DNA from: Candidatus Latescibacterota bacterium
Lineage (GTDB): Bacteria > Latescibacterota > UBA2968 > UBA8231
Reading direction: 5' to 3'
Length of the DNA: 64,000 nt
Assembly (NCBI GenBank): GCA_965223905.1
Contig: CBDCXV010000010.1
Location: forward strand, 448,001-512,000
Shown piece by piece: positions 39,401 to 48,574 of the stretch (positions are counted from its first letter, which is position 1; the number at the start of each line of letters is the position of its first letter). A program made the position numbers and the translations under genes. The notes beneath the pieces were generated by a model. That model was not told where the DNA came from. It saw only the letters and a list, made by a program, of their open reading frames with translations, and ran no database searches.

Positions 39401-40126
39401 AACTCCCTCCCAGCGGGAAACAGGTTTTTCCCTGGCATACGGTTCTACATTCAACAATAACCGCGCAGCCAGCATCCCGAATCCAAACCAATCCGTTTCC
39501 GGTCGATAACCAAAAACCTCTTCCCGAAAAAACTCTGGAGGGGAAGACCAACTTGGGGGAGGTGCCTGCGCCTGCGGAGTACCCAGCCTGACACTCCACT
39601 CAAACCCACCTAGCCTCAAAGAGTCGGCTGCTATTTCTTTGTTAAAAAACACTGCATCCGCCCCCAAATTCCGATGTAATATATTTTGATCGTGCAAGAG
39701 CCGAATTCCTGAAGCCAAACGGCGGATGCTTGCCCAGAGTCTGCGGCGAACCTGAAGTTCCTTTGTTGCCAGCCACGGTACCCCACCCCTATGAGTCACC
39801 ACTGTCTCCAAGCTTTCATACCCCGGGGCCTCTAGGACCATGACAAAACATCGATTTTCCCGATCAACCCCAGCATCACGAAGTACGAGGAGGGACTCTT
39901 CAGCCCCAGGTGAACTTCCGACACGGTAGAGCATTCGGAGCTCCGCGTCCCAAAGAGCCCGCCCTAGGTCATCAGGTCGTTCAGTCTCGAACATCCAAAT
40001 TTTGATAAGGTATTGTGTATTTTCTTCATCAACGCCCAACCAAGCTTGCGCTGCCGCGTCGGTGGTAACCGGTCCCGAAACCAGTCTGTATTTCGCCTTT
40101 AAAAGCTCCACCCCAGGCTCTATCAT
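36473..40126 (-). CDS. Ser/Thr kinase-like domain fused to a UPF1/DNA2-type SF1 helicase, MkoA-like (Mokosh type I)
   Basis: YLIKIW, ILHRNL, DWFGFG kinase-fold motifs; QGPPGTGKTT, IVEEAG, GDHKQLPP, QHRMHP, SPYNQQ, TVDSFQG, RINVLLSRA helicase motifs. Confidence 0.85.
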   Translation of the reverse strand: MIEPGVELLKAKYRLVSGPVTTDAAAQAWLGVDEENTQYLIKIWMFETERPDDLGRALWDAELRMLYRVGSSPGAEESLLVLRDAGVDRENRCFVMVLEAPGYESLETVVTHRGGVPWLATKELQVRRRLWASIRRLASGIRLLHDQNILHRNLGADAVFFNKEIAADSLRLGGFEWSVRLGTPQAQAPPPSWSSPPEFFREEVFGYRPETDWFGFGMLAARLLLNVEPYAREKPVSRWEGVYRQIEKPGALLSDLEQTLLFRLIAPNPQDRITRGYEVDTAIQEIMRALDRGVNSQGDKGALVLVINPRTCRELLDRVLELGFVPNPDKKYDAFNPNAPLHVAGLTEFVKKDLSRPQMYVVPKASYFLLIGEQLILQITPFQDDSGSTWDLAFCQGVGELRWNEGGAACATLPKDLVVVRTKWDLSNRTIRQNARNWERYLPTLDASVALRMSLSRFYDFLRCTNQLELLIRDSEIFHYSLVQHSPSPGVDRIQIKESSRLRPTATFCRIEGGMAEYLIRELESGKPDCNLVVLTEKENDGLMLPSITKTDGWKIEEINSNLGLVTLTRVRVGEPGNSPPREGVIRTWGMFGQVALIRRRKRAIDRIVNHSYLLRSLSSPGQVYMDTGSVPLPVPIERSLVDEAKEVAIQDILRVRPIYALQGPPGTGKTTLVAHLLRQIFEDDPVAQVLITAQAHGAVDVLRAKVRDEAFHGVSEEQQPLAVRLRPSDPNDSTPGEGSSEEVSLQILQKAKRRLKDLPYRTPLQNEWLNSVVEMESSFMNRAPESTAPDFCQMVKRGANVTYCTTSAGDLEVLAEENQSFDWTIVEEAGKAHGFDLALPLQAGHRWLLIGDHKQLPPYRFKDYREGLDFLDDAVNALEQLPDRGGGLLDMEWIRSWRDLNPGDQLEFKNYARQWLNTFERVFEYCSVATGTEKYTDSEVEGAAAGMLSHQHRMHPVIGDLISTTFYNGELKNQTFDESGFPLHRLRHPFQAPGKIHEKAIIWLDLPWSAIRSEFSEKGPSTGGPRFSNTEEIKALGSFFGGLRQSRDLVNYNTSGALTAAVLSPYNQQVVQINRDENLRRSIGDAGLVLKKALRNRPGKNQEGTKERVAHTVDSFQGNQADIIAVSLVRNNTFPIGQGLGFLDEAPRINVLLSRAERLLILVGSWEFFQHQLGAVTLDDPYHHLWHWKKVLSTLDEWFLTGRSIRIMAGQPSPSE

Positions 40127-40361
40127 AAGTACTTAAGACCTCCCGAAAATTTGGATAAATTTATCAGGTACTTTCGTATCCCGTACCTGCCCAGTCTTTC
40201 CCCATTATTCTCACTACTGATTAGGGATTTTAAAATGTGGCAGGCAACATCCCTTCTCATTGAAACAGATGCCTAGCGACCACTCCACAACTTCAAACAC
40301 ATTTCCCCAATCGGAGTAATTCCAAATACCTGTTTTTCTTCCTAGGTCATGCATTTACCTT

Positions 40362-40613
40362 TTAGCCGAAGGGCGTCAGTGAACCCCCACGGTCCAAAAT
40401 CCCATAGGCAATCATCCCGAGCTTCGTATTATTCGCGAGTTTCCGGCGATTGTAGTCGCTGGTCTTGTGGCCTTGGAAATAGGTGAGTCGCACCACTTCC
40501 TCAAACCCGTGCCAGTCGCCGCCATAGGTGTCCGCTAGTTCCAACACCGTCGTAAGCTCAACCTGCGAGGGCGAAAACTCACTGCCGAAAGGAAGGTCGC
40601 TCCTCCTTCTCAT
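40362..40613 (-). pseudogene. N-terminal fragment of a probable restriction endonuclease
   Basis: MRRRSDLPFGSEFSPSQV...KLANNTKLGMIAYGI with AGGAG RBS; stops after 83 aa at a GC shift; family assignment from memory of similar proteins. Confidence 0.45.
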
Positions 40614-41186
40614 TCTCCTACCTTTCTGGAAGACCGTTGCGCGTTCCATGCATCCCCCTCCCCGATGTAGCCTGATCGGACCTGAGGTTATGGATGTGGG
40701 GGACTTGGATAATCGCTGGCTTTTTTTCGGATGGTCCAGGAGGTTAGCCGGTTTTGTACCCCTGCAAACGCAGTCATAGGTATTCGACATCTGCTTTGAA
40801 CAAACCCTCAAGCATGCGGGTTTTCTTTCCACCCGGGCCATCGGTGTGCCTGCCTACTACATCTGGTATTTCTCACCCCTCCTTTTCCACAAAATACAAT
40901 ATATGATGACTTGATCAATAGACGAAACCGCTCGACCTTCCCTGAGGGACCCCCAAAAGTTCGTTTACAGTGTCCGCAATCTTACCTCCAGTGTTTGAGA
41001 TTGGACAGACGGCTTGGGACTTTGGAGCATATTCCCTGCTCCGTGCGGACGATATTTTGCCGGCCTCATCGGCGCGGTCATTAGCCGGAAACCCGTTTTT
41101 CCAGCTCAATACCGGTCCATTTTGGACGGGCCGCCACCGGGGCAAACCCACACTTTCCGCCCTCACCTTTTTGTGGAGTGGACCCC

Positions 41187-41948
41187 ATGCCCCTTCTGAC
41201 CGAATCAGACCGCGAGTATTTCCGCCGGCACGGCTTCGTCCTGCTGCACGACCTCGTTTCGGCCGCCGAAATCCAGCGGTTCCTCGACCTCTTTCACGAA
41301 GACCGGAAGCGGGCGCCGCTGCGCTGGGCGCGGCGCGGTTCCCAGACCATGAACTGCGACGCCCTGTGCACGACACCCGAGTTCGACGAAATCGTCCGCC
41401 ACCCGCTGATCCTGCAGGCCGTCGGCGAGCTGATGGGCGGGCCGGTCTGCTTCAGCGAGCTCTGCATCCGCCACATGGAGCCCGCCGACAGCCCGGGCAG
41501 CGGGGGCTGGCACCGCGACCGGGGCCACTACCCCGAGCACCCGTTGCGCATGGACTACATCCAGCTCATGCTCTACCTGACCGACGTCGACGAGACCACC
41601 CACTGCTTCTCGCTTTCCCCGGAATCGGTCGACGAGCCGATTTTCGAAGAGGCCGGAAAGCAGCTCGAGCGCGGCGGCGGCTTCGATGTCCACGGCCCCG
41701 CAGGCACCGTCTGCCTCTTCAACGTGGCGGTCCTGCACCGGGCCACGGTCCGCAAGACCGACAAGGAGCGCATCAGCATCCAGGTCTACTACGGCCACCG
41801 CGACCGCCCCTACCTCGCCGACGACTCGCTCATCCCGCCGCTGTTCTTCATCAACCACCCCGACCCGGAGGTGCGCGCCTTCTACGGCAACCTCAACGGC
41901 ATCACCCGGATGTACATGCGCGCCTTCGGAATCGAGGAGCCCGGCTGA
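41187..41948 (+). CDS. PhyH-family dioxygenase
   Basis: YFRRHGFVLL, GWHRD, GPAGTVCLFN...LHRA. Confidence 0.88.
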   Translation: MPLLTESDREYFRRHGFVLLHDLVSAAEIQRFLDLFHEDRKRAPLRWARRGSQTMNCDALCTTPEFDEIVRHPLILQAVGELMGGPVCFSELCIRHMEPADSPGSGGWHRDRGHYPEHPLRMDYIQLMLYLTDVDETTHCFSLSPESVDEPIFEEAGKQLERGGGFDVHGPAGTVCLFNVAVLHRATVRKTDKERISIQVYYGHRDRPYLADDSLIPPLFFINHPDPEVRAFYGNLNGITRMYMRAFGIEEPG

Positions 41949-42027
41949 AGCCCGGTTGCCGGCCGCCCTCGCGCGATCCATCCGGGCCCGGCCGGAATCC
42001 CCGCCATTTCCAAGAGACAGGAACAGG

Positions 42028-42852
42028 ATGCCCGAACACCCGACCTTCACCCCCGACCGCAAGCAGGAGGCCCTCGACTTCTTCGCCGCCTGGAACTACG
42101 TCGTCGTCCGCGACGCCCTGCCGCCGGGCAACATCGACACCCTCACCCGGTTCGTCGACCGCTCCGAGCGGGAGATCGCCTCCGAGTGGGGGCCCGACAG
42201 GCTCGGCTGCCGCTCGCACGCGCAGATCCTCGTTCACCACCCCGAGCTCGACGGGCACGTGCGCCCGCCGCTGGCCTGGGGCCTCGTCGACGCCATCCTG
42301 GGGCCGGACACCCGCTTCGCCCAGTTCGACTTCCGCGACCTGTGGGACGGGGCCGCCGCCGGGCCGATGCGCTGGCACAGGGACCGCTCCTACCGGCCGC
42401 GCGCCGCAGACGATCCCAATCCCCGCTGGGACTGCAGCTACGTCTGCGCCATCCACTACCTGACCGACGTCGGCGAGGAACAGCCCTGCTTCGCAGTGGT
42501 ACCCAACTCGCAGCGTTGTGGGAGTTTCGATGAAGCGAGGGAGGAGCTGGGGGAGGACTTCCGCATCGTGCCGGTGCGCGGGCCCGCAGGCACCGTCGTG
42601 CTCTACAACATCGGCATCCTGCACACCCGCGTTAACGGCGCCGGCCGCCGCCTGACGCAGCACAACTACTTCAGCCGCGAGCAGAGCCCGCCGCTGACCG
42701 ACTGGGTGATGCTGCCCCGGCGCCTGACCGAGCACCCGGACCCGGAGGTGCGCACCTTCTACAACCAGTGGACGGAAGCGACCCGGGCGTTCGCCGCGGC
42801 AGGATACCCGGACGAGTACTACTACGCCAACGTCATGGACAAGCCGACGTAG
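42028..42852 (+). CDS. PhyH-family dioxygenase
   Basis: YVVVRDAL, RWHRD, GPAGTVVLYN..ILHT. Confidence 0.85.
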   Translation: MPEHPTFTPDRKQEALDFFAAWNYVVVRDALPPGNIDTLTRFVDRSEREIASEWGPDRLGCRSHAQILVHHPELDGHVRPPLAWGLVDAILGPDTRFAQFDFRDLWDGAAAGPMRWHRDRSYRPRAADDPNPRWDCSYVCAIHYLTDVGEEQPCFAVVPNSQRCGSFDEAREELGEDFRIVPVRGPAGTVVLYNIGILHTRVNGAGRRLTQHNYFSREQSPPLTDWVMLPRRLTEHPDPEVRTFYNQWTEATRAFAAAGYPDEYYYANVMDKPT

Positions 42853-42868
42853 CAGCCGCTGGAGAGGC

Positions 42869-43762
42869 TCAGCCCCTGTCGGGGAACCGCAGGATCCGCT
42901 TGGCCGCGCCCCCCATGACGGAGTCGTGCTCCTCGTCGCCGACGTCGGGGACCAGCTCCCTCAGCAACCTCACCATTTTGTCGTACCCCGGCTCGACGCA
43001 GATCCAGGGGAAATCGCTGGCCCACATCAGCCGCCCCGGAAACGTCCGCAGCAGCAAGCGGGCGTTGTCGGCGAAGTCGCGCCAGGGCCACGGTTCCTTG
43101 CTGAAGGCGTAGTGCCCGGAGAACATCATCGACACGTTCTCGAACCGCGACAGGCGGTAGACGTTGTGCCACAGGAAGTACAGGTTGGGGTTCTCGACGT
43201 GGGGGCGCCCGTGCCCGTCCCAGGAAAAGCTGCCGCTGCCGGGGCTGACGCCGAGGTGGTTGAACACCACCCGCACCTGGGGGAACGCCTCGATCAGGTA
43301 GCCCGCCCCGTAGATGTCGGCGTGCCCGAGGTAGAGCCACATCACGTAGTCGCGCTCGGCGGCGTGCTTCCAGATCCGGTAGGTCCCGTAGTCGCGCAGA
43401 TCCATCGGGGTCAGGGGGTCGCGCGGCCCCCCGAGGCCGCCGAGGCGGAAGCCGATGAACTGCCTGTCGCCGGCGACCCGGTCCATGTGCTCCTCCGGCT
43501 TGTCGCAGTCGGCGGGGATCAGCCCGATCCCCCGGAAACGGTCGGAGTACGTGTCGATGCAATGGCGGACGTAGTTGTGGTGCTCCGGCTCGGCGCCCCC
43601 CATCTGCGTCAGCACCGCCTGGTCGATGCCGTTCGCCTCCATCTCGCCGAGCAGCTTCTCCGCGGTCTCCTCGCGGTCCGCGGGGTATACCTCCGACACC
43701 TCGCGCGGAAACTGCGCGGACTGTTTCGCGAACACGTGCAGGTGGCAGTCGATCCTCACCAT
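42869..43762 (-). CDS. Amidohydrolase_2 family (lactonase-like) protein
   Basis: IDCHLHVF, VVFNHLG, RLMWASDFPW. Confidence 0.88.
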   Translation of the reverse strand: MVRIDCHLHVFAKQSAQFPREVSEVYPADREETAEKLLGEMEANGIDQAVLTQMGGAEPEHHNYVRHCIDTYSDRFRGIGLIPADCDKPEEHMDRVAGDRQFIGFRLGGLGGPRDPLTPMDLRDYGTYRIWKHAAERDYVMWLYLGHADIYGAGYLIEAFPQVRVVFNHLGVSPGSGSFSWDGHGRPHVENPNLYFLWHNVYRLSRFENVSMMFSGHYAFSKEPWPWRDFADNARLLLRTFPGRLMWASDFPWICVEPGYDKMVRLLRELVPDVGDEEHDSVMGGAAKRILRFPDRG

Positions 43763-43772
43763 CTCTTCCTCC

Positions 43773-44489
43773 TCATTCCAGTCCGAAGAGCCGCCGGCGC
43801 TCCGGCGTCTTCAGCTTGCCGGCGAGCCCGGCGAAGGCATCGGAGGCGGCCTGTTCCGCGACGCGCTCGTGGAAGCCCATGATGATCGACTTGCGCGGCT
43901 CGCCGGTGGTGTTGTCCATGGCGGTGTGCAGGCCCCGGTTGTCGAAGAGAACGGCGGTGCCCGCCTTCCCGGTGAAGCAGACGTGCCCCGGCTGGGCGTC
44001 GTTGCGCCCGGGGCGGTACCAGGTTCCCGGGGCGGCGAGGTGGCTTCCAGGCACGTAGGCGAACTCCCCTCCCGCGGCAGGCACGTCGTTGACGTAGAGC
44101 TGCATCTTCACCCTGCGCACCCCGTCGTCGGCCCGGTCGGGGTGCCAGCCGGTATAGCTGACCGGCCAGCAGGGCACGGTGCGCACCTGGGGGTTGCCGG
44201 ACACCACCGGGTCCCCGCCGCAGAACTCCGCCACCAGCGGGAAGTAGCCCGGGTGGTCGGCGAGGTCGATGAAGACGTCGTCCCTGGCGAAGGGATCCGG
44301 CACGTCGTACCAGGTCGGGGACGCCTCCCCGCGCTCGATCGCTTCGACCCATTCCTCCCGGCAGGCGTCGGCCCAGTAGTCGAAGGCGGACTGCAGCCGC
44401 TGCAGCTGCTCGCCGGCGATCGCCCCGTCGACGCGGACGTACCCCTCCTGCTCCCATTGCCTCCGCTGTTCCTCGGTTGCCCCTGCCAT
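43773..44489 (-). CDS. PhyH-family dioxygenase
   Basis: QEGYVRVDGAI, GWHPD, YVPGSH, AGTAVLFDNRGLH. Confidence 0.88.
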   Translation of the reverse strand: MAGATEEQRRQWEQEGYVRVDGAIAGEQLQRLQSAFDYWADACREEWVEAIERGEASPTWYDVPDPFARDDVFIDLADHPGYFPLVAEFCGGDPVVSGNPQVRTVPCWPVSYTGWHPDRADDGVRRVKMQLYVNDVPAAGGEFAYVPGSHLAAPGTWYRPGRNDAQPGHVCFTGKAGTAVLFDNRGLHTAMDNTTGEPRKSIIMGFHERVAEQAASDAFAGLAGKLKTPERRRLFGLE

Positions 44490-44835
44490 TTCCGTGTAAA
44501 TCTCCCTTTCGCTTTGCCGCCCCCGGGTCCCGGACACCCGATCCGGACCTGCTGGGAGGCACCGGATCATCCGGGTTCGTTCGTGAGCTCCTTCACGCTT
44601 CCCAACCCCGGATCCGCTTCCGGTCGGGCCCGAATCGCCCGGCCGCGGCGAATTCCGGCGGGCCGGAAAACGGGCGGCCGAAGCGGCTGTTTTCGACAGC
44701 GCCGTCGCCCTACCGGGGCGGGAGATATAGGTCTATTTTCCCGGCACCGGCAAGAACGCGCAGCCCTGAAAACCACCGCGCATCCGAAACCGCGCTCCGC
44801 CCGCAACACCCCGCGGCATTCCCCGGACATCCTCG

Positions 44836-45681
44836 ATGGCGATCCGAACCCACGACTGCAAACCGACCCTCAACGACGAGCAGGTCCTCGACTTCTGCCG
44901 CAAGGGATACCTCGTCCTCGAAGCCGTCGTCCCGGAGGACGTCAACAGAAGGTCCTGCGAGCTGATGGACCGCATCGCCCGCGAGCGCCTGCCGCACGAG
45001 ACCATCCTCGAGCAGGACTGGTTCGTCGACGGCGTCCTCCTCGAGCCGGCCGCGGCCGGCGCCGTGCGCTCCCTGCTCGGCCGCAACTTCCGCATCACCA
45101 TGCCGTTCCTGCACAACCACCGCACCGAGGAGGCGGACCCGAAACCCCAGGGCTGGCACCGCGACGGCGGCTCCAAGCACACCCACGAGCTCGACTCCCT
45201 GCAGGTGTTCTACTACCCGCAGGACGTCCCCAGGGAACTGGGACCGACCGACATACTTCCCGGGTCGCACCTCCTCTACGCCGCCAGCCAGTTCATGCAG
45301 CACTACCGCAGCTTGCGCGGCGCCGTTTCCACCGCGGCCGCGGCGGGCAGCATCTTCCTCACCGCCTACAACGTCTGGCACCGCCGCTCGACGTCGACCG
45401 CGTCCGGGCCGCGCAACCTGCTGAAGTACTGGTACGTCCGCACCTGCCCGCCGCGGCGCGACTGGGTCGTGCAGCCCGACTTCCCGCTGATGCACGCCTA
45501 CCACCCGCCCGACGAGTGGTGCGACCACCGCGAGAGCCACCGCGCCCGCGACGACCACGCCGGCATGTTCTTCTGGCTGTGCGGGGAGTACGACAAGTAC
45601 CTCGCCCAACGGAACAACCTGCCGGTCTACTACTACGAGAACGACAGGCCGTGCAACTACTGCGGCGGCGTGGTGAGTTGA
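44836..45681 (+). CDS. PhyH-family dioxygenase
   Basis: KGYLVLEAVV, GWHRDG, GPTDILPGSH, AGSIFLTAYNVWHR. Confidence 0.88.
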   Translation: MAIRTHDCKPTLNDEQVLDFCRKGYLVLEAVVPEDVNRRSCELMDRIARERLPHETILEQDWFVDGVLLEPAAAGAVRSLLGRNFRITMPFLHNHRTEEADPKPQGWHRDGGSKHTHELDSLQVFYYPQDVPRELGPTDILPGSHLLYAASQFMQHYRSLRGAVSTAAAAGSIFLTAYNVWHRRSTSTASGPRNLLKYWYVRTCPPRRDWVVQPDFPLMHAYHPPDEWCDHRESHRARDDHAGMFFWLCGEYDKYLAQRNNLPVYYYENDRPCNYCGGVVS

Positions 45682-45785
45682 TTCATATCGATTGACCGGC
45701 CTCGCCGGGGCCCTTCGACGGCCATCGGCGAGCGCGAGGCCGGGCTTGCCCGGTCCCCTTTCAGTCCATCACAGGGGAGGAACCC

Positions 45786-47663
45786 TTGGCGACCTTCACG
45801 AGCACGAAACGAACCGAGCCGCCGGTATGGGCGGTCCTCGAACGGCGGCTGATCGACGCCCTGAACCAGGCGGCGCCGGTCTACATCGACAAGTACACGC
45901 GCACCGGCGGCTCCCTCGTCTGGACCGAGCAGTACCCCGGAGACGGGGTCTGGGTCGACGATCTCTACGAGGCCTTCTTCAACTGGCCCCTGCTCCATGC
46001 CCTCGGGGGAAGCGAGTACATCGGCGAGAAGGCGGTCGACCAGTGGAACGCGGTGACCCGCCAGATCACCTACGACTACGGCCGCATCGCCAGGGAGTTC
46101 GTCTGCGACGACGACTGGTTCCACAGCAGCGAGAACTACGTCTACTTCTACGCCATCGGGCTCGCCGACCCGGCCAACGCCGAGATGATGCGCCGGGCGC
46201 GGCGCTTCTCCGGCTTCTACATGGCCGAAGATCCCGAGGTGCCCAACTACGACCCGGAGCACCGCATCATCCGCTCGCCGTTCAGCGGCAGCGCCGGCCC
46301 GATGTTCCACGCCCGCTGGGACGACGTGCAGTACAACATCGAGCACGGCCACGTCAAGCTCTCCCCGACCTTCGAGATCCCTCCCGAGTGGATGGAGCGC
46401 AGGTCGACCCCGGAGGAACGGGAATCGCACCGGAGCGAAGGGGGCGACGCCGGCCTCTGGTTCGAGGACCCGGCCAAGCGGGAGCGAATCCATGCGATGT
46501 TCGACAAGATCGTCATGGAGGGAGACGTGCCGGTGAACCTCGGCGTCGTCGGCCTCGTCGCCCACACCTACACCCTGACCGGCGACGACAAGTACCGCAC
46601 CTGGATCGCCGACTACGTCGAGGCCTGGATGGAGCGGATCGAGCAGAACGGGGGCATCATTCCCGACAACGTCGGCCTCAACGGCCGCATCGGCGAGAAC
46701 CGGCAGGGGCAGTGGTGGGGCGGCTTCTACGGCTGGGCGGCCTCCTCCTCCTACCAGATGATGTTCAACGCCATGACCGTGGCCTCGACCTGCGCCCATC
46801 TCGTCACCGGCGACAAGGGGTACCTCGACCTCGCCCGCTCGCAGTTCGACATGCTCCTCGAGCGCGCCGTCGAAAGGGACGGGCGCGTGCTCATCCCCTA
46901 CCGGCACAACGAGGAGGGCTGGATCGGCCACGCGCCGATGGGCTGCCAGCAGCCGATCCAGCTGTGGTTCGCCTCGCAGGAGGAGCGGGACTGGCAGCGC
47001 CTCGAAACGATCCGCAGGGGGGCGGAAGAGGAGTGGGGCAGCGTGCGCCAGAACGACCCGCGCGGCGCCGACGACCGCGCCTGGACCCGCTACCTCGCCG
47101 GCGACTGCCCCGGTTTCCCCGAGGCCGTGCTGCAGGCCAACTACCGGGAGATGATGCGGCGCATGGACCTGATCGAAAGCGACGACGCCGACCTCACCGA
47201 CCTGTCGCAGACCGACGAGCACCACTGGCTGCAGCGCAACCCGGTGGTCACCGAGGCGCTGCAGCTGCTGACCACCGGCGGCCCCCAGACCAACTACTGG
47301 GGCGGCCTCGCCCGCGGCCGGGTGCGCTACTTCGACCGCGGCAGGCAGCGTCCCGGCCTGCCCGCCGACGTCGCCGCCCTGGTGTCGGGGGTCCGCCCGG
47401 ACGGCGTCGACCTCACCCTGGTCAACCTCAGCCCGCACCGGAGCCGCGAACTCACCGTGCAGGCCGGCGCCTTCGGCGAGCACCGCTTCACCACCGCGGC
47501 CGAGCCCGGGGACCCCGCGGCGGCGGTCCCCGTCAACGGAAGGCATTTCGACGTCGAGCTGCGGCCCGGCACCGAGATCGAGCTGGGCATCGGCATGGAC
47601 CTGCACTGCCACCGGCCGAGCTGCGCCTTTCCCTGGCACGGCGGCTCCATCCCGTTCCGATGA
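45786..47663 (+). CDS. Conserved hypothetical protein, probably an alpha/alpha-toroid enzyme
   Basis: 625-aa ORF with strong GC3 bias; TTG start with GGGGAGG RBS; Trp/Tyr-rich; function not recognised. Confidence 0.7.
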   Translation: MATFTSTKRTEPPVWAVLERRLIDALNQAAPVYIDKYTRTGGSLVWTEQYPGDGVWVDDLYEAFFNWPLLHALGGSEYIGEKAVDQWNAVTRQITYDYGRIAREFVCDDDWFHSSENYVYFYAIGLADPANAEMMRRARRFSGFYMAEDPEVPNYDPEHRIIRSPFSGSAGPMFHARWDDVQYNIEHGHVKLSPTFEIPPEWMERRSTPEERESHRSEGGDAGLWFEDPAKRERIHAMFDKIVMEGDVPVNLGVVGLVAHTYTLTGDDKYRTWIADYVEAWMERIEQNGGIIPDNVGLNGRIGENRQGQWWGGFYGWAASSSYQMMFNAMTVASTCAHLVTGDKGYLDLARSQFDMLLERAVERDGRVLIPYRHNEEGWIGHAPMGCQQPIQLWFASQEERDWQRLETIRRGAEEEWGSVRQNDPRGADDRAWTRYLAGDCPGFPEAVLQANYREMMRRMDLIESDDADLTDLSQTDEHHWLQRNPVVTEALQLLTTGGPQTNYWGGLARGRVRYFDRGRQRPGLPADVAALVSGVRPDGVDLTLVNLSPHRSRELTVQAGAFGEHRFTTAAEPGDPAAAVPVNGRHFDVELRPGTEIELGIGMDLHCHRPSCAFPWHGGSIPFR

Positions 47664-47789
47664 CGCGTCGCGAACCCGGGGCCCCTGCGAGTTTGCCGCC
47701 ACCTGATCTGCACGGGTGTGGCGCGCGATTGCGGCGCTGCTCAAGGTTTGGGTAGAAACGCTTTCGTTCTTCTACCCTGGAAAATGGGA

Positions 47790-48047
47790 ATGAGCCTGAA
47801 CATCAAAAACGAGGAAACCTGCCGGCTTGCCGCCGAGCCCGCTCAACTGACCGGCGAGACCATGACCGGGGCCATCACCGTGGCGCTGAGGCAACGCCTG
47901 GAACGCGAGAAACGCGAGCGCAACGTCGAGACCCGCCTAAAAGAGCTCCGCGCCATCGCAGAGCGCTGTGCCGACCTGCTGGGCCCGGGCCCCTCTGCCG
48001 TCGAGCATGGCGATCGGCTCTACGACGAGCGTGGATTGCCCAGGTGA
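47790..48047 (+). CDS. vapB: VapB-type (Rv0623-like) antitoxin
   Basis: MSLNIKNEETCRLA...TGETMTGAITVALRQRL...LYDERGLP. Confidence 0.85.
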   Translation: MSLNIKNEETCRLAAEPAQLTGETMTGAITVALRQRLEREKRERNVETRLKELRAIAERCADLLGPGPSAVEHGDRLYDERGLPR

Positions 48048-48429
48048 TCGTCGAAAGCTCGGGGATTCTCGCCTTGCGGCGCCGCGAACCGGATGCGAAC
48101 CGCTACGAGACGGCGATCGCGTCAGCACTGAATTGCCGCATGTCGGTCGCCAACCTGCTGGAGGTATTCATCGTCGTGGAAAGCCGCGGTGGCGCTGCCG
48201 CCGGGCACGAATGCGATGCGTTTTTCGACAAGGCCGGTATCGAGTGGGTGCCGGTCACACCGGAACATGCCGAGGCTGCGCGGCGCGCCTGGCGGCGCTT
48301 TGGAAAGGGGAACCATCCGGCAGGGCTGAACTTCGGCGACTGCTTCGCCTACGCCCTCGCGCGCACGGCCGGGGAACCGTTGCTGTTCAAGGGGAGGATT
48401 TCACCCGCACCGATATCGAGGCGGCATAA
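48044..48429 (+). pseudogene. vapC: VapC PIN toxin, frameshifted near the C-terminus
   Basis: RFGKGNHPAGLNFGDCFAYALA; LLFKG then EDFTRTDI is out of frame at GGGG 48391-48394; first acidic motif reads IVESS instead of IVDSS. Confidence 0.8.
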
Positions 48430-48459
48430 TCGGAGAAATTCCGCCTGTCGTCGTCGCCC

Positions 48460-48510
48460 TCAGGGGTCCTCCACGTCGACGACGGCGCGCGCCTCGGGGG
48501 ACAGTCGTGC
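48460..48510 (-). repeat. Diverged copy of the last 51 bp of the phyH gene at 52591-52641
   Basis: 44 of 51 bases identical; encodes ARLSPEARAVVDVEDP* versus ARLSPQARAVVDVDDP*. Confidence 0.85.
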
Positions 48511-48574
48511 TGCAAGGCCAACTACACGGGACCCGACCCGTGCTCCGGGCTCTCCCGGCCCGGAATCCGCCCCC

